From an uncultured virus (IMG/VR IMGVR_UViG_3300031140_000597) (Duplodnaviria; Heunggongvirae; Uroviricota; Caudoviricetes), in IMG/VR virus record IMGVR_UViG_3300031140_000597, positions 55,391 to 75,390 of that record: DNA of 20,000 nt; one strand, given 5' to 3'. A program made the translations under genes and the position numbers. Positions 15,469 through 20,000 of this stretch are shown here, piece after piece (the stretch's first letter is position 1; every line of letters starts with the position of its first letter). The notes beneath the pieces are model-generated. The model was not told where the DNA came from. It worked only from the letters and a program-made list of their open reading frames with translations, and did no database searches.

Positions 15469-16719
15469 ATGCAACCGTTTGAACTATTGGATAGGTTTGA
15501 ACTGATGTACCCTAACAACAGTAAGTTATCAGATCTGCGTAGGGCATACATTGACAAAGATCTAAGTAGTATCTTTCGATTACTACCAGCAGGACATAAC
15601 GACTTACGTAAGGCAGTGATAGAACAAAACTTACATAGTATCTTTCGATTACTACCAGAAAAACATGAAGACTTACGTAAGGCGGTGATAGAACAAAACT
15701 TACATAGTATCTTTCGTTTGCTACCAGCAGAGCATGAAGAACTAGGCAGAGCAGTGATAGAACAAAACTTGCATAGTATCTTTCGATTACTACCAAATGT
15801 TAGTAATGATGATCTTGAAGACTTACGTAAGGCAGTGATAGAACAAAACTTGCATAGTATCTTTCGTTTGCTACCAGACGAGCATGAAGAACTAGGTAGA
15901 GCAGCAATAGAACAAAACTTACATAGTATCTTTAGACTAGTAGACGATGAAGACTTGCGTAGAGCAGTGATAGAACAAAACTTGCATAGTATCTTTAGAC
16001 TAGTAGATGATGAAGAATTACGCAAACTACTATTAGAAGATAATATTTGGAAGTTATGGCCTGTACTATCTAGATACACTGATACACAGTTCGTTGAAGC
16101 ATTCAAAAACTTCTTTGTCAATGATACTGAGATATGGGATGATTGTTTCGCAAGAGGACAGTTAGAAAGTAAACTATGGTTAGTGCGTGAATTGCAACAA
16201 TGTAATATACCACTAGGCACTGTGTTTATTTGTGCGGGCTGGTATGCAACTATCGCTACTATGTTGTTTGAGAGCGACATGGAAATAGATAAGATTCGCA
16301 GTTTTGATATTGATACTACTTGTGCAGAAATCGCAGAAGTGTTTAATAAGCCTTGGGTAGTAGATGGATGGAAGTTTAAAGCGGCTTACAAAGATATACA
16401 CGATATTGATTTCACAGGAAAAACACCCTATAGTGTTTATAAATCAAATGGCGAAGAGCAATTGTTATGTGATAGTCCAGACACTGTTATAAACACAAGT
16501 TGTGAGCATATTGATAACTTTGAAGCATGGTATTCCAAGATACCAGATGGTAAATTGGTGATATTACAAAGTAATAACTTCTATGAAGTGGATGAACACG
16601 TAAATTGTGTTGCAGATGTTGATGAATTTATTGACACTGCGCCTATGAGTACTGTATTGTACAGTGGAGAATTAGAGTTGCCTAAGTATACTAGGTTTAT
16701 GATAATTGGATATAAGTAA
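15469..16719 (+). CDS. class I SAM-dependent methyltransferase-like protein with N-terminal tandem repeats
   Basis: GQLESKLWL, VFICAGWY (motif I-like), SFDID, VINTSCEH, LQSNN; AAGGA RBS. Confidence 0.75.
   Translation: MQPFELLDRFELMYPNNSKLSDLRRAYIDKDLSSIFRLLPAGHNDLRKAVIEQNLHSIFRLLPEKHEDLRKAVIEQNLHSIFRLLPAEHEELGRAVIEQNLHSIFRLLPNVSNDDLEDLRKAVIEQNLHSIFRLLPDEHEELGRAAIEQNLHSIFRLVDDEDLRRAVIEQNLHSIFRLVDDEELRKLLLEDNIWKLWPVLSRYTDTQFVEAFKNFFVNDTEIWDDCFARGQLESKLWLVRELQQCNIPLGTVFICAGWYATIATMLFESDMEIDKIRSFDIDTTCAEIAEVFNKPWVVDGWKFKAAYKDIHDIDFTGKTPYSVYKSNGEEQLLCDSPDTVINTSCEHIDNFEAWYSKIPDGKLVILQSNNFYEVDEHVNCVADVDEFIDTAPMSTVLYSGELELPKYTRFMIIGYK
15532..16068 (+). repeat. in-frame coding tandem repeat, about 8 units of 21-27 aa
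   Basis: Units start at 15532, 15601, 15670, 15739, 15820, 15889, 15952, 16015; IEQNLHSIFRL is exact in six units. Confidence 0.95.
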
Positions 16720-16745
16720 ATTAATCAATAATATTGGAGAGTAAC

Positions 16746-16862
16746 ATGGATGACAAACATTTAATATGGGGTACTATTGTACTGTTTATTGCATTTTGGG
16801 GTGAGCCTGACTTGCTTGATAGTGCGATTTCTTATTTAACCTATGCATCTGGCGGTAGGTAG
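16746..16862 (+). CDS. small membrane protein (38 aa)
   Basis: MDDKHLIWGTIVLFIAFWGEPDLLDSAISYLTYASGGR*; GGAG RBS. Confidence 0.7.
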   Translation: MDDKHLIWGTIVLFIAFWGEPDLLDSAISYLTYASGGR

Positions 16863-16863
16863 T

Positions 16864-17184
16864 ATGGACGAGTTAAAGAATGCAGGTGATGTGGTAGAGA
16901 GAGCATTATTACATGCATACCAGCAGTCGAGTCATAACATGGAGTCTACTATGCAAATAGACGCAATGTACCCACAAACTATTTATAATAGTGATGGTGT
17001 ATCAGTTCAAAGATATACTGTCGTGGCTTCTACATTATCTGCATCTGGTAATACCACAGTGGTATGCTTTGGTATGGTTTTACAGTATGTTATTACAACT
17101 CCTAATACCAAATTTTATGAAGACTTAAAAGATAATATATTGGTGCTGGATCAAGATGTTGCAGGATGGTTATATAATGATTGA
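16864..17184 (+). CDS. hypothetical protein
   Basis: The ORF-track frame 16843-17184; ATG 16864 follows the upstream stop and is the likelier start. Confidence 0.65.
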   Translation: MDELKNAGDVVERALLHAYQQSSHNMESTMQIDAMYPQTIYNSDGVSVQRYTVVASTLSASGNTTVVCFGMVLQYVITTPNTKFYEDLKDNILVLDQDVAGWLYND

Positions 17185-17461
17185 TCTAATGCAAGCGAAT
17201 CCGCGATTAACTATTGTTTTACTTGCTACAATTGTATATGCATTGGCTTACTGGATGGGACGAAATTCTTGTCAAAGTATGATTGCCGATGCGGTGCAAG
17301 CATCTGTTGCAGTCTCAATAAAAATAACAACAGAAACGGTAGTCAATGAACTTATTGATGCTGGTTATATTTGCTGTCGTGAGGAAGAAGAAGATGGTGA
17401 GATTGTATCTTACATGATTACATATGAAGAATATATTGCTTCAAATCCTCAAACTAAATAA
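17177..17461 (+). CDS. hypothetical membrane protein
   Basis: N-terminal hydrophobic helix, acidic C-terminus; ATG 17177 with AGGA upstream (track start 17156). Confidence 0.65.
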   Translation: MIDLMQANPRLTIVLLATIVYALAYWMGRNSCQSMIADAVQASVAVSIKITTETVVNELIDAGYICCREEEEDGEIVSYMITYEEYIASNPQTK

Positions 17462-17465
17462 TACT

Positions 17466-18302
17466 ATGACAAGACTAGCAAAAGATAGTGTCGCACAAGA
17501 TGACATTAAAGTAACCATTTTCAATCCAACCGATATTACTGAAATAGCAGATACAGACGAATTATATAATGCGTTTGAATCTGGTTGGCCCGTGGTCATA
17601 TCTGGATTAAAGATCCCTGGCATTGATTACGATTATTATAACGATTTGCCAGATTGGGTAATCGAAGATAATAAATGGATTGCACCTTGGTATCCAAGTG
17701 ATATTCGTAAACGAGATAGGTTACGCAACGAGCGAGATTGGTCAGAAGAACAGATTGATGAATTCGCACAGCAACACAAAGAATCAAATAAAGCATGGAA
17801 TAATTTCTTTGCTGAGTTGATGCCTCGTTATGCAAATGCAACGGGTAAAAGTGTTAGTCACCGATACAATATGTTAGTTGAAAACAATTTACACTTCGAC
17901 GAACTAGACCAAGAGCATACTGGACAAGAACAACAGATTCGTGTATTGACTAACATGGATAAACAACGCTGTCGTATTACTGCGGTAGGTCCTAACATAG
18001 AACAATTGTATAATAAATACTATGATGAATTTAAGTTATGGGAATTAGATAAAGAAGACCCGCACGCATTCATTACAGAAATGCGCAATCGTTGTATTTG
18101 GAACGATAAAAATTGGTCACATTTCCACCACCCATTGCATTATATAACATGTGATCCAGGTGATATTTGGTTACTCAATGCACAGTGGGTATCACATCAA
18201 ATTGTATTCGGAGCAAAGTTACAAGTATTCGAAGCAGATATTCAGAAAGAACACATGCTAAACCCAGAGTTGGTTATGGCAGAACGTATTAAAAATTTAT
18301 AA
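17466..18302 (+). CDS. Kdo hydroxylase (KdoO)-like Fe(II)/2OG dioxygenase
   Basis: LHFD, IRVLTNMD...R and PGDIW......VSHQI.FG pattern recalls the Kdo_hydroxy family; start placed at ATG 17466 (track start 17424). Confidence 0.6.
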   Translation: MTRLAKDSVAQDDIKVTIFNPTDITEIADTDELYNAFESGWPVVISGLKIPGIDYDYYNDLPDWVIEDNKWIAPWYPSDIRKRDRLRNERDWSEEQIDEFAQQHKESNKAWNNFFAELMPRYANATGKSVSHRYNMLVENNLHFDELDQEHTGQEQQIRVLTNMDKQRCRITAVGPNIEQLYNKYYDEFKLWELDKEDPHAFITEMRNRCIWNDKNWSHFHHPLHYITCDPGDIWLLNAQWVSHQIVFGAKLQVFEADIQKEHMLNPELVMAERIKNL

Positions 18303-18312
18303 GGAATAACAT

Positions 18313-19377
18313 ATGAACGCAGTTAACGCTTGGACAGAGTTTCAACCATTGAAGAAAGTAGTATTGGGTGCACCATTCCCAGAAACTGCATTTGATTGGC
18401 ACGAAGATGAAGAGACACGAGACACTATGCGACAAATCTTCCGTGAAACAGCCGAAGATATTGAAGTATTAGCACAACTATTAGAAGCACGTGGAATTGA
18501 AGTGGTACGTCCCAAGAACATCTTTACAATCACTGGTGAAGAACAGATTCAATTACCGTGGGCTCATTGTGCGTTTCCGAACCATCCATTAATGCCGCGC
18601 GATACGTTGATGCCATATGGTCATTCAATTTTTGAATGCTTTACAGGCGGTGACAATCGTTACTTTGAAAACCTAGCATACTATGATCACGTAGTAGAAT
18701 GGTTTAAACAAGGTGCTGATTGGATTTCAATGCCTGGCTGCATGGTAGAAACTGGTAAAGGATATGATGAATACGTAGCAGAGCAGCGTGTACTGTATCA
18801 TGCTGCAAATATGATCAAGTGTGGTGATACTATCTTATTCAGTCAACCATACGAAGGTGACAACAAGCGTGGACGTGGTACGAATTTGGGCAAGGAATGG
18901 ATGCAAAGAGAAATCAAACAGCGTTATCCTGATACTAAATTTATTGATATTCCAATTGGTGGTCACATAGATGGTAAGATTGCATTATTGAAGCCGGGTG
19001 TTCTTATGACGTGGAACAAAGCATGGGTCCCAGAAGAATTCAAGAATTGGACAATCATTGAAGTAGAAGATGATTTTGACATGCCAGCAGATTTTCAAAA
19101 TACACGTAAGCGTAGATACTATAAAGAGTATGTACAGAAGTGGTTAAGTCATTGGGTAGGTTATGCAGACGAGTCTGTATTTGATGTTAATGTATTATCA
19201 TTGGATGAAAAGACGGTAATCTGTACAGGTAAAAACGATGCAGCATTTGCTGAAATGGAAGCAAACGGAATTGAACCAATTGTTTGGCGATTCCGTCATC
19301 AGTATTTTTGGGATGGTGGTATCCATTGCTTGACTAGTGATATCGTACGTGAAGGTAATTGTGAGAATTATTTATGA
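18313..19377 (+). CDS. amidinotransferase (glycine / inosamine-phosphate amidinotransferase family)
   Basis: VN.WTEFQPLKKV.LG, MPRD, HIDG, GGIHCLT with catalytic Cys and His; AAGGA RBS. Confidence 0.85.
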   Translation: MNAVNAWTEFQPLKKVVLGAPFPETAFDWHEDEETRDTMRQIFRETAEDIEVLAQLLEARGIEVVRPKNIFTITGEEQIQLPWAHCAFPNHPLMPRDTLMPYGHSIFECFTGGDNRYFENLAYYDHVVEWFKQGADWISMPGCMVETGKGYDEYVAEQRVLYHAANMIKCGDTILFSQPYEGDNKRGRGTNLGKEWMQREIKQRYPDTKFIDIPIGGHIDGKIALLKPGVLMTWNKAWVPEEFKNWTIIEVEDDFDMPADFQNTRKRRYYKEYVQKWLSHWVGYADESVFDVNVLSLDEKTVICTGKNDAAFAEMEANGIEPIVWRFRHQYFWDGGIHCLTSDIVREGNCENYL

Positions 19378-20000
19378 GTATGCTATGGCGTGATAATATA
19401 CAAAGCCTACAAGTAGATGTTACTAGTTATTGTAATGCTAAGTGTGGTGGATGCGCTAGAAATGACGACGGTCATGAAACAAGACCGGGTCTTATTCTTG
19501 AAAACTTTGATGTTGATGTATGGAATCGTATGGCAGAGCATGATACCAAAGATATTTTTATTAATGAACTGGTATTAAACGGGAATTGGGGTGACTCTAT
19601 GATGCATCCTAAAATTAAAGATATGGTTACAACATTTGCAAAATTTCATCCAGAAGCGAGTTTATATATTCATACCAATGGCAGTATGCGCACGACCAAA
19701 TTCTGGGCTTCTTTTGCCAAAGTTTGTCGTCAATTCTCAAATCATCGTGTAGTTTTTGCAGTAGACGGTCTAGAAGATACACATGCGATATATCGTCGTA
19801 ATACCGACTTTCTTAAAATTATGGAGAATATTAAAGCATTCACCGATGCGAATGGACGAGCGAGTGTAACCATGACCCTATTTGAACACAATAAACATCA
19901 AGTAGAAGAAGTTAAAAAATTAGCACAATCGCTTAATGCAGATTTTGCCTTACGTTACAGTCATGGAGATGAACTAGAAGTAATTGCGCCTGGCGAAAAT
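19374..20000 (+). CDS. radical SAM protein, 5' part (runs off window), paralogue of 4168-5193
   Basis: MSMLWRDNIQSLQVDVTSYCNAKCGGCAR.., GNWGD, HTNGSMR, FAVDGLEDTH.IYR, N.HQ.EE; ATGA overlap with the amidinotransferase stop. Confidence 0.9.
   Translation, partial: MSMLWRDNIQSLQVDVTSYCNAKCGGCARNDDGHETRPGLILENFDVDVWNRMAEHDTKDIFINELVLNGNWGDSMMHPKIKDMVTTFAKFHPEASLYIHTNGSMRTTKFWASFAKVCRQFSNHRVVFAVDGLEDTHAIYRRNTDFLKIMENIKAFTDANGRASVTMTLFEHNKHQVEEVKKLAQSLNADFALRYSHGDELEVIAPGEN

Noticed and set aside
15532..16068. CRISPR-like regularly spaced repeats
   Set aside because: All unit lengths are multiples of 3, variation is largely synonymous, the intervening parts are short and related, and the array lies inside one ORF
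15462..16280. 272-aa minus-strand ORF and the other minus-strand ORFs in the track
   Set aside because: Antisense shadows of well-supported plus-strand genes, with no recognisable motifs

Overview
AT-rich window with every supported gene on the + strand. It is most consistent with a large (jumbo, T4-like) tailed phage of a bacterial host, using the standard genetic code. Bases 1-4125 hold the end of an iscA-like gene, three tandem sigma70 promoters and a tRNA cluster of 12 tRNAs plus one tRNA-like gene lacking a normal anticodon arm. The spacers of this cluster carry at least seven hand-folded structured RNA elements: a paralogous pair, a kissing-loop three-way junction, a double pseudoknot, a possible two-state hairpin and two simpler elements. 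The rest encodes host-takeover and tailoring functions: ClpP, ClpX, ClpS, IF3, bS21, two radical SAM proteins, a 2OG-Fe(II) oxygenase-like protein, a Kdo-hydroxylase-like protein, an amidinotransferase, a repeat-bearing methyltransferase, a P-loop kinase, an SNase-like nuclease and hypotheticals. A recurring TAAATA-N4-TA late-promoter motif sits exactly 5 nt before several ATGs, suggesting leaderless late mRNAs. All RNA folds and family calls were made by eye, with no database search.
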